From an uncultured Candidatus Saccharibacteria bacterium (GTDB lineage Bacteria; Patescibacteriota; Doudnabacteria; UBA920; O2-02-FULL-48-8): a stretch of DNA of 64,000 nucleotides. Positions within the stretch are counted from its first letter, which is position 1. Each line of letters begins with the position of its first letter. The DNA lies in NCBI GenBank assembly GCA_964605735.1, contig CAZSDS010000001.1:6771-70770 (forward strand), in the 5' to 3' direction. Shown here in pieces: positions 48,191 to 56,616 of the stretch. Both the position numbers and the translations under genes were made by a program. The notes beneath the pieces were generated by a model. That model was not told where the DNA came from, ran no database searches, and saw nothing but the letters and a program-made list of their open reading frames with translations.

Positions 48191-48313
48191 GGGCAGAAGT
48201 GAGACAAGTCGGTGAGCGACGATGCCGAACGTCGAAAAATGTACAGTGTACATTTTTCGCTGCCCTGTCTACGCCAGTTGCAACGAGCGTTGAGAATCCT
48301 GCTCTGCCCACCA
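48191..48313 (+). pseudogene. Degenerate tandem tRNA-Tyr-like copy (123 nt) with internal 23-nt perfect palindrome and its own hairpin/T-run
   Basis: Starts with the same acceptor 5' half GGGCAGA and ends GAATCCTGCTCTGCCCACCA, identical to the tRNA-Tyr 3' end, followed by ATAGAAAAA. The T-loop is altered (TTGAGAAT) and the body carries AAAAATGTACA-G-TGTACATTTTT. The flanks repeat TTTTTCTATT(A)TGTAGAC (48156-48176 and 48344-48360). Confidence 0.45.
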
Positions 48314-48928
48314 TAGAAAAATTCCTCACCGAAAGGTGGGGAATTTTTCTATTTGTAGACTTTTATGACTTTGCATAAAAATATGCTTTCAGGTGTGTGC
48401 ATTTTGAGACCTTGACTTCTTTCATAAAGCATGGTAATCTTATACACCACACATCCAAAGAGGAGGAATTCGTTGTTGAGGCGACAGCTCCGTTTGATGC
48501 CTATGGTGGGAAGGGGTATTCTCCACATAACCTAAATGCTACCGGGGCAGGTGCATGATTGTGGAAATATCCTGAGCCAAGTGTGCTCGCGTAGAGTGGT
48601 CGTCTCCTTGTGCCGGGTACAGAAGACTTGCTTTTATAATGGTGCTGAGTGACACCCAAAATTGCAAGGAGTTTGGCCTATACTGGTTGAGCAGGGCCTA
48701 CCGATCGTCCGATCGCGGATCTCTGCAATAAAGCCGGACAGCCACCTTCTGTTAGGGATTGTTGGGAATCACATTTCCGAGCTGAATCCCACAACAGTTC
48801 TAATCCCCGGTACACGTCTTTTTTCCGCCCTTGCCGCCTTTAGGTCAGGGCTTTTTATTTTCATGTTATTTGTGTTATAATAATTCCGAAGAATAGTCGG
48901 CTTCGAAACAAATTATTTAATAAAACAT

Positions 48929-49327
48929 ATGGAACCCAGCGAAACACGTGTTTTGATTGTGGAAGACGAAGAAATCCTGCTTACAGCCCTCTCTGAGGAG
49001 TTGAAACAGGAAGGTTTTCAGGTGCTTGGCGCCAAAGACGGGGCTGAAGGAGTGGAGAAGGCCAAGTCCGAAAAACCTGACCTGATCCTGCTTGATTTGG
49101 TAATGCCTCGCTTGGACGGAATTGGTGCACTGAAACTTCTGAAAGAAGGGGAAGAAACCAAGGATATCCCTGTGGTCATCCTCACCAATTTGTCAGACTA
49201 TGACAAAATTTCCGACGCTCTTTCGTTAGGCGCTATGGATTATCTGGTCAAAGCGAACTACCGGTTGGAAGAACTCGTCAATAAGATAAAGACTGTTTTG
49301 GAACGCCAGACGCCAACAGCCGCTTAA
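48929..49327 (+). CDS. Response regulator, receiver (CheY-like) domain only
   Basis: 132 aa. Phospho-acceptor context (DLILLDLVMPRLDG) and T/K motifs (ILTNLSD ... YLVKAN). Confidence 0.8.
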   Translation: MEPSETRVLIVEDEEILLTALSEELKQEGFQVLGAKDGAEGVEKAKSEKPDLILLDLVMPRLDGIGALKLLKEGEETKDIPVVILTNLSDYDKISDALSLGAMDYLVKANYRLEELVNKIKTVLERQTPTAA

Positions 49328-49347
49328 TAATTAAGCCAACAAGCCAT

Positions 49348-49617
49348 ATGGCAACAACAGAAGATTACAAAAATCTTATCAATGATATTTTGGCTAAACA
49401 GGCCGTCATCCTCGGCCAGGATATTGTCATCCTCAAGGCCAAGAACGTGGTTGGTTTGACTTTGGATGACCAGGGGAAAGTTCAGGACATTTCCGGCAAT
49501 CCGGAAGAGGTCCTGCAAAAATTAGTCGACGAGTATATTGCTTTGTCAGGACAGATTGTGAAAAATATTCTGAACCCCGTCGTGGCTAAATACCCGGAAA
49601 TAAAAGTCACTTTGTAA
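49348..49617 (+). CDS. Hypothetical small protein
   Basis: 89-aa ORF between the receiver and kinase genes. No motif recognised. Confidence 0.4.
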   Translation: MATTEDYKNLINDILAKQAVILGQDIVILKAKNVVGLTLDDQGKVQDISGNPEEVLQKLVDEYIALSGQIVKNILNPVVAKYPEIKVTL

Positions 49618-49633
49618 AATTAAAAATAAAAAT

Positions 49634-49942
49634 ATGTTAGCGCTAAGTTCTGAGATTAACAACATAATCCAGGCGTTGATTCTGGTCATTATAATTGGCA
49701 TGTTTTACAGCCTTTGGATGACCACCAAAGCTTATGGCGGGTTGATTGGCCGCGCCATCAGGTATATGGGCATGGGGATCATCCTGATATCCATAGTGGT
49801 TATGGAAAAAATGCTGATCAATTTCAGCGTAATCACCAATTCCACCAATCTTATGCTGGCTGTTGATGTCCTGACTTTGTTGTCGTTGTTCTTCTTGTCT
49901 TTGGGGTTCAAGAAGCTGGCCGCAATTGCAAAAGCGCCATAG
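49634..49942 (+). CDS. Hypothetical membrane protein (3 TM)
   Basis: 102-aa ORF that is strongly hydrophobic. Confidence 0.45.
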   Translation: MLALSSEINNIIQALILVIIIGMFYSLWMTTKAYGGLIGRAIRYMGMGIILISIVVMEKMLINFSVITNSTNLMLAVDVLTLLSLFFLSLGFKKLAAIAKAP

Positions 49943-49993
49943 AAGCGCGGTTTTCGCATTGCCGATTACAATTTGAGATAAAAACAAAAAGGG

Positions 49994-51769
49994 ATGAACT
50001 TTAACTCGACAATCTACTGGGTCTTGTGGAGTTTGGCAATCTACACCATGATTGTCGTTGTTTTTATTTGGTGGGAAAACAGGAAGATGCGCAAAAGCCT
50101 GCACCAAAAAGAGCAGGAAATGCAGCGCAGGATGTATGAAGTTTCCATTTTAAAGGAGCTGGGCGAGAGAATCGGCTATTCTTTGAATGTTCAGAAAATT
50201 GTGGACGTCATTACTGGTTCTTTGCGCAGACTGCTTCCGTATTCCACGGTATCTTACATGCTACTGGGGGATGAGGGCCGCATTATTTTTCACTGCGTAC
50301 TGGAGGAGTCAGTTAACAAGAAATTCGTGGACAACGTCCGCCTCCGCATGCTTAAGTCTTTGGCCGCCCTTCTGAACAAGGAGATTAAGGGGGACCTGCT
50401 GGATGAAAGCATTTCCGGCACCATCACGGATGAAACCAATAAAAAAACAGTCCAGTCATTTTTTAATATTCCTGTTGTCATCAACAACGTCCCGGTTGGA
50501 ATTTTGAACGTGGCTTCCACGGAAGAGGGTTTGTACAAGGAAGATGAAATCACTATCCTTTACACGATCATGAATCAGGCTTCTTCCGCAGTGTCCAAAC
50601 TGGAAAACATTTTAAGCCAGGAAAAAGGCAAGCTTAATGCCATGGTTGAATCCATGGCTGATGGGGTGTTCATGGTGGACATCCGCAACCGGTTGCTGGT
50701 TATTAACCCTGCGGCCAAGGACATGTTGGGAATTGATAAAGACCAGCCGAACATGTTCGATATTCTGGATGCGCTTTCATCAAAAATTGACATCCGCACA
50801 AAAATTGAGGAAAGCTTAAAGACCGGTCATTTGATTACGGAAGAAAAATTTACTATTGGCGACAAAGTTTTGCGAATTTTGGTCAGTCCGGTGAAGGACC
50901 CTGAAAACAAGCCATTGGGCGCAGTGGTGCTGTTCCATGACGTGACCAAGGAAACCGCTATTGAGAAAATGCGTGAGGATTTTACCAGCATGATGGTCCA
51001 CGAATTGCGCAGCCCTTTGACCGGCATCCGCTCCATAGCCAATCTTCTGCGTGAAGACAAGATCAAGAACGAACAGCGCAAGTACCAGGAGTTTATAGAT
51101 TTGATCGTGACTAATTCGGCGAGCATGCTTGATTTGGTTAACGATTTGCTGGATGTGGCCAAGCTTGAGGCCGGTAAATTCCAGGTCATGAAAAAAGCTA
51201 CGGATGTCTTGAACCTGATTAAAATGCGAATGGAGTCGTTCGAGTCCCTGGCAGGGGAGAATCAGCTGAAGCTTGAGTCAAAAATTGACCCGAATTTGCC
51301 TAAGGTCGTGACTTTGGATGAGACCAAGGTGGGCCAGGTTTTGAATAACCTGCTTTCCAATGCGATCAAATTCACCAAACCAGGCGGCAAAATCACAGTT
51401 TCCGCTTTTCCTCTGAAGACTAAGGAAGACATGTTGAACAAGGTTGCCAGTTTGGGCATGATTTGGCCGGGCCTTAAAGAGGTTAAATTCAAAGATGATG
51501 TTTTGGTGATGGCGGTCAGCGATACCGGCGTGGGTATTCCTGAGGATGAGAGCGAAAAGCTGTTTAACAAATTTACCCAGCTTGAGAATTCTGCGGGCTC
51601 AGAGAAAAAAGGAACCGGCTTAGGGTTGGTCATCAGCAAAGGTGTGGTTGAGGCGCATGGCGGGGTCATCGGCCTTTGTTCTGAACTGGAAAAGGGGACA
51701 ACCTTTTACTTTACAATCCCATTAAATGCCCGGAGCGAACCTGTGAGGGCGGAAAAAGTCAAAGCATAA
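49994..51769 (+). CDS. Sensor histidine kinase (TM anchor, GAF-like and PAS-like regions, HisKA, HATPase_c)
   Basis: 591 aa. H-box MVHELRSPLTGI. N box (LLSNAIKFT). G1/G2 boxes (DTGVGIP, GTGLGL). Confidence 0.85.
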   Translation: MNFNSTIYWVLWSLAIYTMIVVVFIWWENRKMRKSLHQKEQEMQRRMYEVSILKELGERIGYSLNVQKIVDVITGSLRRLLPYSTVSYMLLGDEGRIIFHCVLEESVNKKFVDNVRLRMLKSLAALLNKEIKGDLLDESISGTITDETNKKTVQSFFNIPVVINNVPVGILNVASTEEGLYKEDEITILYTIMNQASSAVSKLENILSQEKGKLNAMVESMADGVFMVDIRNRLLVINPAAKDMLGIDKDQPNMFDILDALSSKIDIRTKIEESLKTGHLITEEKFTIGDKVLRILVSPVKDPENKPLGAVVLFHDVTKETAIEKMREDFTSMMVHELRSPLTGIRSIANLLREDKIKNEQRKYQEFIDLIVTNSASMLDLVNDLLDVAKLEAGKFQVMKKATDVLNLIKMRMESFESLAGENQLKLESKIDPNLPKVVTLDETKVGQVLNNLLSNAIKFTKPGGKITVSAFPLKTKEDMLNKVASLGMIWPGLKEVKFKDDVLVMAVSDTGVGIPEDESEKLFNKFTQLENSAGSEKKGTGLGLVISKGVVEAHGGVIGLCSELEKGTTFYFTIPLNARSEPVRAEKVKA

Positions 51770-51772
51770 CCC

Positions 51773-52033
51773 ATGTCAGATTTTTTGAAACAAGACATAT
51801 TCTTCTTTGTTGCAACAGTCTCGGTTTTTATGGTGGCAATTCTGCTGGGTGTGTTTTTGGTCTACGTGATCAGAATAGCCAGGACAGTTGACCATATTTT
51901 AGTCCGCGTCAGAGAGGAAACTGATATAATAACGGATGAGCTGGGTGAGTTGCGCAGAAACATCCGCAAGGAAGGGGTGAAACTGAAGCATTTCGCCAAA
52001 TTCGTAAACAACGTCAAGAAAAAAAGTAAATAA
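51773..52033 (+). CDS. DUF948-like small membrane/coiled-coil protein
   Basis: 86 aa. N-terminal TM then a charged helix. Often adjacent to YtxH-like genes. Confidence 0.45.
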   Translation: MSDFLKQDIFFFVATVSVFMVAILLGVFLVYVIRIARTVDHILVRVREETDIITDELGELRRNIRKEGVKLKHFAKFVNNVKKKSK

Positions 52034-52044
52034 GGAACAGAATA

Positions 52045-52392
52045 ATGGCAAAGAAAAACCATGGGGGCTTGAAGGTTGGGTTGGGTCTGGCGGCGATTGC
52101 CGCAGCCGCTGCTGGGGCGTATTTCTTTTATGGCCCCCAGGGGGCAAAGAACCGCAAAAACATGAAGGCTTGGGCGGTCAAGGCCAAGGGTGAGGTCATG
52201 GAAAAAGTTGAGAAGCTCTCTGATGTCAGCGAGAAGACATACAACCAGACTGTGGATACAGTCATGGCCAAGTACAAGAAATTGAAGCACGTGGCGCCAA
52301 AGGAATGGGCAGGGGTGCAAAAAGAGCTGAAGAGCTCCTGGAAATCCGTGAAGAGTGAAGTGGAGAAGGCTGCTAAAAAGTACAGGAAATAA
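52045..52392 (+). CDS. YtxH-like domain protein (glycine-zipper N-terminus plus Lys-rich coiled coil)
   Basis: 115 aa. GLAAIAAAAAGAYFFYGPQGAKNRK followed by KxxK repeats. Confidence 0.5.
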   Translation: MAKKNHGGLKVGLGLAAIAAAAAGAYFFYGPQGAKNRKNMKAWAVKAKGEVMEKVEKLSDVSEKTYNQTVDTVMAKYKKLKHVAPKEWAGVQKELKSSWKSVKSEVEKAAKKYRK

Positions 52393-52404
52393 CAAATAAC
52401 CCCG

Positions 52405-52620
52405 CTATCCGGCGGGGTTTTCTAATTTATTGAGGCAGTGATTTACAATTTTCAACTCTTGGTCGTGAACATAAACTGTTCTGGCTAAATTATCAACCGA
52501 TTTCTGAAGTAAATTGAAATCATCTCTAAGTTCTTGCATATCGTTTTTTGATGCAGCTTCTTCTTGGACTACGGTCCGCAAGGCTCCCGAAATCTTTTGT
52601 ATGTCGACGTTTGTAAGCAT
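52405..52620 (-). CDS. Hypothetical small coiled-coil protein
   Basis: About 71 aa from MLTNVDIQK. The upstream part of the ORF frame is probably not translated. Low support. Confidence 0.3.
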   Translation of the reverse strand: MLTNVDIQKISGALRTVVQEEAASKNDMQELRDDFNLLQKSVDNLARTVYVHDQELKIVNHCLNKLENPAG

Positions 52621-52738
52621 TATATAGAAATTAAGTAAATATATTTTAAACTTGGGCAAAATGGCTGTAAATAGCCGGTTGTGGATATACTGTAGTCCTT
52701 GATATTTTTCACGATTTCTGTTATAGTATTCCAGTCCC

Positions 52739-52814
52739 GCCCAGATAGCTCAGTTGGTAGAGCGCGTCCATGGTAAGGACGAGGTCTCCGGTTCAATCCC
52801 GGATCTGGGCTCCA
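52739..52814 (+). tRNA. tRNA-Thr (anticodon GGT)
   Basis: 76 nt. Acceptor GCCCAGA/TCTGGGC. Anticodon stem CGTCC/GGACG with loop ATGGTAA. T-loop TTCAATC. Discriminator U. CCA encoded. Confidence 0.85.
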
Positions 52815-52852
52815 GAAGAATTTAAGCCAGAAGAATTTAAGAAAGAACCACC

Positions 52853-53011
52853 ATGTCACAAGACAATATGATTTCGCTGGAATGCACGGTTTGCAAGCAC
52901 GTGAACTACAACTCACGAAAAAACAAAAAACTTATCCCTAACCGCCTGGTTATGGAAAAGTTTTGCAAATGGTGCAAGAAGCACACTGAACACAAAGAAA
53001 CCAAGAAATAA
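52853..53011 (+). CDS. rpmG: 50S ribosomal protein L33 (zinc-ribbon type)
   Basis: 52 aa, below the 60-aa ORF track cutoff. [18 protein letters not shown]...[22 protein letters not shown] matches the L33 C4 zinc-ribbon pattern. ATG at 52853 preceded by a purine-rich stretch. Confidence 0.75.
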   Translation: MSQDNMISLECTVCKHVNYNSRKNKKLIPNRLVMEKFCKWCKKHTEHKETKK

Positions 53012-53080
53012 TCCACAGCGGACCCCTTCCATACTAAATTTGGATAATTTAATTTAAAAGGGTAAGTAACCCTTTTAATT

Positions 53081-53764
53081 ATGACCAAAACTTTGGATTT
53101 CAAATTGAAAGTTATTCGTAAAAGAGCTGAAGGGTATTCCATCAACGAGTTGGCGAAACAGTTCCATATATCAAAGAGTACAGTATCGCTGTGGGTCAGG
53201 GACACGCCTGTCACTGAGACAGGAATGCAAAGACTGACCTCCAGAATCCCAAAGGGACCTATAGTTTCAGGTTTACGAAGGAAGGCAAGGTCAAATGCTC
53301 TTAGGAGATTGTATTTTGAAAGCGCCAAAATTGAGACTGTGAAGAATAGACTAGATTCATTTTCGCAGAAACTAGTTTGTGCAATGATTTATTGGTGCGA
53401 AGGCGCGAAAAAAGATGACCAAGTTAGGTTTACAAATTCTGATCCCGACCTAACTCGGAAATTTATTGATTTGCTGGAGAAAGAATTCTGTGTGAAAAGA
53501 TATAGGATAAAATGTAGGCTTCACTTGCACTCCTACCATAGCAATGAAGAGCTTCACCGTTGGTGGTCTGGTAAGCTGAATATTGGGTTGACGCAGTTTC
53601 AAAAACCTTATTTGAAATTAAATGGCGGCCAGCGAATAAGGTTAGGTTATCCGGGTTGTGTGCATATAAGTTACTATGATACCATAGTGGCTAGGAGATT
53701 GTTATTTTTAGCGAAAGCTTATTTAGAAAAGGGATTTGTGTCTGATAATGGGGGCATAGTGTAA
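53081..53764 (+). CDS. HTH-domain protein with possible LAGLIDADG-type homing-endonuclease-like C-terminal domain (COG3780-like)
   Basis: 227 aa. N-terminal HTH (YSINELAKQFHISKSTVSLWV). Candidate single LAGLIDADG-like motif (VCAMIYWCEGAKKD). The last 15 nt overlap the 5' end of tRNA-Trp. Confidence 0.5.
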   Translation: MTKTLDFKLKVIRKRAEGYSINELAKQFHISKSTVSLWVRDTPVTETGMQRLTSRIPKGPIVSGLRRKARSNALRRLYFESAKIETVKNRLDSFSQKLVCAMIYWCEGAKKDDQVRFTNSDPDLTRKFIDLLEKEFCVKRYRIKCRLHLHSYHSNEELHRWWSGKLNIGLTQFQKPYLKLNGGQRIRLGYPGCVHISYYDTIVARRLLFLAKAYLEKGFVSDNGGIV

Positions 53765-53823
53765 CGGTAGCACAACGCTCTCCAAAAGCGTTTGTTGAGG
53801 TTCAAATCCTCATGCCCCTGCCA
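53750..53823 (+). tRNA. tRNA-Trp (anticodon CCA)
   Basis: 74 nt. Acceptor GGGGGCA/TGCCCCT. Anticodon stem ACGCT/AGCGT with loop CTCCAAA. T-arm TGAGG-TTCAAAT-CCTCA. Discriminator G. CCA encoded. Confidence 0.85.
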
Positions 53824-53830
53824 ACAAAGG

Positions 53831-53880
53831 ACATTAGCTAAACCTGCCTGCCGGTAGGCAGGGCTAGTGTTTTTTGTTAT
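53831..53880 (+). repeat. Cassette-boundary element copy 0 (split version): CATTAGC / GCTAGTG arms separated by a 24-nt insert hairpin, then TGTTTTTTGTTAT
   Basis: GGACATTAGC-taaaCCTGCCtgccggtaGGCAGG-GCTAGTGTTTTTTGTTAT directly 3' of tRNA-Trp. Probably also the tRNA terminator. Confidence 0.6.
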
Positions 53881-54076
53881 TCTAATCTTATGCAAAAGAG
53901 AGACTTCGGAGTTATTTTCTGGATGCACTTGATTTTGATTTTCGCGATTTACAGTTCGCCATTTTGGCTTAGCTGGAAAATAATTTTATTTTTTGTTGGA
54001 CTATATTACTTGCAGCTTTTGATATTCAAGAACTGCGTTCTCACACCCAGCGGATGAAATATTTTACGAACACTTT

Positions 54077-54571
54077 ATGAAACACCTCAATGAAAACGAA
54101 TCTAAAGAAGCTCTAAAATGGATTGATTTAGCTGCTGAAGTTGCTAATCAATCACCTTGCTTGCGAGCACATTGTGGCGCAGTTATTGTTAAAGATGTGA
54201 AGGTGATTGGAAAGGGGTTTAATTCGCCACCACAAAATAATCCAGAATTTAGAACTTGTTTGAACGAATACGATATCCCTGCTGGATTCAGGCATGATCG
54301 TACTTGTTGTATCCATGCTGAGCAAAGAGCTATCACAGATGCCATCAGGCAAGGGCATGACACAAAGGGAGCAAAGATTTATTTCGTTCGAACAGATGAA
54401 TCGGGAAATAAATTAAATGCATCAAGATTAGTGTGCACGATTTGCAGCAGAGCAGTTTTAGATGCGGGTATAGTCGAATTCATATTGTATTGGGAAGATG
54501 GCATAAGAAGTTATAATACAAAAGAATTTAACGAAGGGTCATATGCCTATATGACTCCTTCAGTTTCATAG
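54077..54571 (+). CDS. CMP/dCMP deaminase zinc-binding family protein (dCMP deaminase-like)
   Basis: 164 aa. HAEQRAI (H-A-E) and CTICSRAV (PCxxC-type) zinc ligands. ComEB-like size. Confidence 0.75.
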   Translation: MKHLNENESKEALKWIDLAAEVANQSPCLRAHCGAVIVKDVKVIGKGFNSPPQNNPEFRTCLNEYDIPAGFRHDRTCCIHAEQRAITDAIRQGHDTKGAKIYFVRTDESGNKLNASRLVCTICSRAVLDAGIVEFILYWEDGIRSYNTKEFNEGSYAYMTPSVS

Positions 54572-54670
54572 CTTGAGTATCGCACGAGATAGAGTTACCA
54601 CAGCTTCTGTAAAAACACCTTCAATTATTATCGTTTGTCGAAAACTAATAGTCTTTGTTATGCTATTTCC

Positions 54671-55378
54671 ATGAAGATAAAGTTGGGTTTTTCTACGGGG
54701 ACGTTATATAAACATCTTAAAACTAAAGATGCTTTGTTGGCTATTAGAAAAGCGGGGATTGTTGGGGTAGAGTTAGGATTTGTTAAAGCCCTGGATGAGG
54801 ATTGGTTATCTAACGTTGTTGCTTCAGAGCTTGAAGAATTTGAGTATGTTAGTATGCATGCTCCAAAGTTCGAATACGATGACAATACTGCAAGTTACTC
54901 GATTCTGCAAAAAATTGCGCAGTTCCATACAAGTATAAGAAAACTCGATACAGTTGTTTTCCACCCAGATCCTATTAAGAATTTTTCCGTATTATCCAAA
55001 GCGGGTATCCCCGTAGCAATTGAGAACATGGATAATCGTAAACCTTCGTTTCAAAACCCTTTTGAGCTAATAAAGATTTTAGATAAATTCCCGGAATTTA
55101 AAGTTGTGCTTGATGTTAATCATATATTTTCAAATGATTCATCTATGAGGCTGGCCGAAGAATTTTACCGTCTGTTAGGCGATAAAATAGTCCAGATTCA
55201 TTTAAGCGGGTATGCCGGGTACCATGAACCATTATTCGAAACTGAACAGCAGCAGATTTTTAAATCTATTCAAAATTTAAAAACTCCAATCATTGTCGAA
55301 AGCGTACTGCCACCAGAAGACTTGGATAAGGAAAAAAACTATATTCTTAATCTGGCTAAAAATATTAGCGGAAGCTAG
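54671..55378 (+). CDS. Sugar phosphate isomerase/epimerase (xylose isomerase-like TIM barrel)
   Basis: About 235 aa from MKIKLGFSTG. Metal-ligand-like residues (VSMHAPKFEY, AIENMDNRK, VLDVNHIF, QIHLSGY). Ends with the shared N-I-S-G-S-stop tail. Confidence 0.6.
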   Translation: MKIKLGFSTGTLYKHLKTKDALLAIRKAGIVGVELGFVKALDEDWLSNVVASELEEFEYVSMHAPKFEYDDNTASYSILQKIAQFHTSIRKLDTVVFHPDPIKNFSVLSKAGIPVAIENMDNRKPSFQNPFELIKILDKFPEFKVVLDVNHIFSNDSSMRLAEEFYRLLGDKIVQIHLSGYAGYHEPLFETEQQQIFKSIQNLKTPIIVESVLPPEDLDKEKNYILNLAKNISGS

Positions 55379-55392
55379 TGTTTTTTGTTATG
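55360..55392 (+). repeat. Cassette-boundary element copy 1: TATTAGC-GGAA-GCTAGTG hairpin plus TTTTTTGTTATGC
   Basis: Overlaps the last five codons and the stop of the TIM-barrel ORF. GNRA tetraloop. T-run. 8 nt before the next ATG. Confidence 0.65.
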
Positions 55393-55400
55393 CTTCTCGC

Positions 55401-56087
55401 ATGGAAACATCAATCATCATTAGAATAAAAAACGAAGCAGAGAACTTACGTAGATTACTGGAAATACTACAAAAGCAGGACTACCAGAACTTTGAGATAA
55501 TACTTGTGAATGATAATTCAAAAGATGGTAGCGAGCTTGTATTAAAGGATTTCTTCGATGCGACAAGATTCAAGGTCGTAAATTTGGAAAGAAAGTTCGA
55601 TTATGCCTACGCATCTAATTTTGGAGCCACTAATTCTTCAGGAAAGTACTTGGTGTATCTGAGCGCGCATTCCTTTCCAATATCCACCAGCTGGTTGTCA
55701 GCTGGAATAAAGCATTTCCAGAACGAGAAAGTTGCTGGAGTTTTTGCTTATCCCTTAGCAAATCCAGAAGCAAACCTCATCGAAAGAATTATTTTCACTG
55801 GCTACACAAAATTAGCCCACTCGAAACGGAAAGAATATAGAGAAGTAAGTATGGGGGTTCTTGGATCGACCAACGCGATTTACAGAAAAGATCTTTGGGA
55901 ATTGCACAATTTTTCAGAAAGACACGCTCACGGTGGAGAAGATTATGAATGGGCTTTACACTGGACAGCAAAAGATTATGTAATCATTCATGACCCTGCG
56001 TTTAGAGTCTATCATTCACATAACCTCAATCCGTTAGGTTTGATAAAGCAATATTTTCGTTGGAGAGAGATGACGAAGCCAAGATGA
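55401..56087 (+). CDS. Family-2 glycosyltransferase (single domain)
   Basis: About 228 aa from METSIIIRIKNE. VNDNSKDGS. DxD-like context. No TM. Confidence 0.65.
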   Translation: METSIIIRIKNEAENLRRLLEILQKQDYQNFEIILVNDNSKDGSELVLKDFFDATRFKVVNLERKFDYAYASNFGATNSSGKYLVYLSAHSFPISTSWLSAGIKHFQNEKVAGVFAYPLANPEANLIERIIFTGYTKLAHSKRKEYREVSMGVLGSTNAIYRKDLWELHNFSERHAHGGEDYEWALHWTAKDYVIIHDPAFRVYHSHNLNPLGLIKQYFRWREMTKPR

Positions 56088-56113
56088 TCCAAGCTTCATA
56101 CCGCAGCCTTCAA

Positions 56114-56521
56114 CTATTCTTCGTAATTCCCTGAAGACTCTGGCTGGTAAAGAATCTCTTTTATAGTGTAAGTTTTGATTCCTCCGGGAACTTCCCAGTC
56201 GATATTCTGACCAACTCTCTCACCAAGAATAGCTGTCCCAACTGGAGCCAAAACCGAAATCTTCCCAGAGCTAATATCAGCCTCGTCTGGGTAAACCAAC
56301 TGGATCGTTATTTCTTTTCCATGATCATCTGCAAGCAGCACTTTAGATCTCATGCTGATTACATCGCCCGGAATATCTTTAGGTTCAACAACTTGCGCTT
56401 TATCAAGCTCTTCTTTTAACAACTCAATGTATTTATGGTTTCTCGAATCTTTGTACGAAGAATTGACGACCTCCCTCAAGCGCTCTAAATCAAGTTTCGT
56501 AATGTATATGGTTTTGCTCAT
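56114..56521 (-). CDS. GreA/GreB-family protein lacking the N-terminal coiled coil (Rnk-like)
   Basis: 135 aa. C-terminal FKBP-like Gre domain sequence (ISVLAPVGTAILGERVGQNIDWEVPGG). Confidence 0.65.
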   Translation of the reverse strand: MSKTIYITKLDLERLREVVNSSYKDSRNHKYIELLKEELDKAQVVEPKDIPGDVISMRSKVLLADDHGKEITIQLVYPDEADISSGKISVLAPVGTAILGERVGQNIDWEVPGGIKTYTIKEILYQPESSGNYEE

Positions 56522-56616
56522 ATTTATTCTTAATCTCGCATAGTTATTCTAAGCATCTTACACCTTAAACCGAACCGAAGCAATAGGTAGCTAATACCTA
56601 TGTTTTTTGTTATTCT

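Noticed and set aside
48166-48200. GGATTCGAAC just upstream of the second tRNA-Tyr-like unit as a possible minus-strand tRNA T-arm.
   Set aside because: TTCGAA is itself palindromic, so the apparent inverted T-loop is not evidence of a tRNA. No acceptor or anticodon arm could be folded on the minus strand.
48662-48880. 72-aa ORF in the long non-coding region upstream of the response regulator.
   Set aside because: No RBS, odd composition (LLGIVGNHISELNPTTVLIPGTRLFSALAAF...), and it lies within a region better explained as a structured leader or ncRNA.
48362-48928. Checked whether the 570-bp non-coding region is RNase P RNA, tmRNA or SRP RNA.
   Set aside because: No convincing match by eye to the P4 strands (GGAAAGUCCGGGCUCC / ACAGAACCCGGCUUA), no tRNA-like 3' domain ending in CCA, and no SRP domain IV (GGAAGCAG) motif. 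Reported only as an unclassified candidate.
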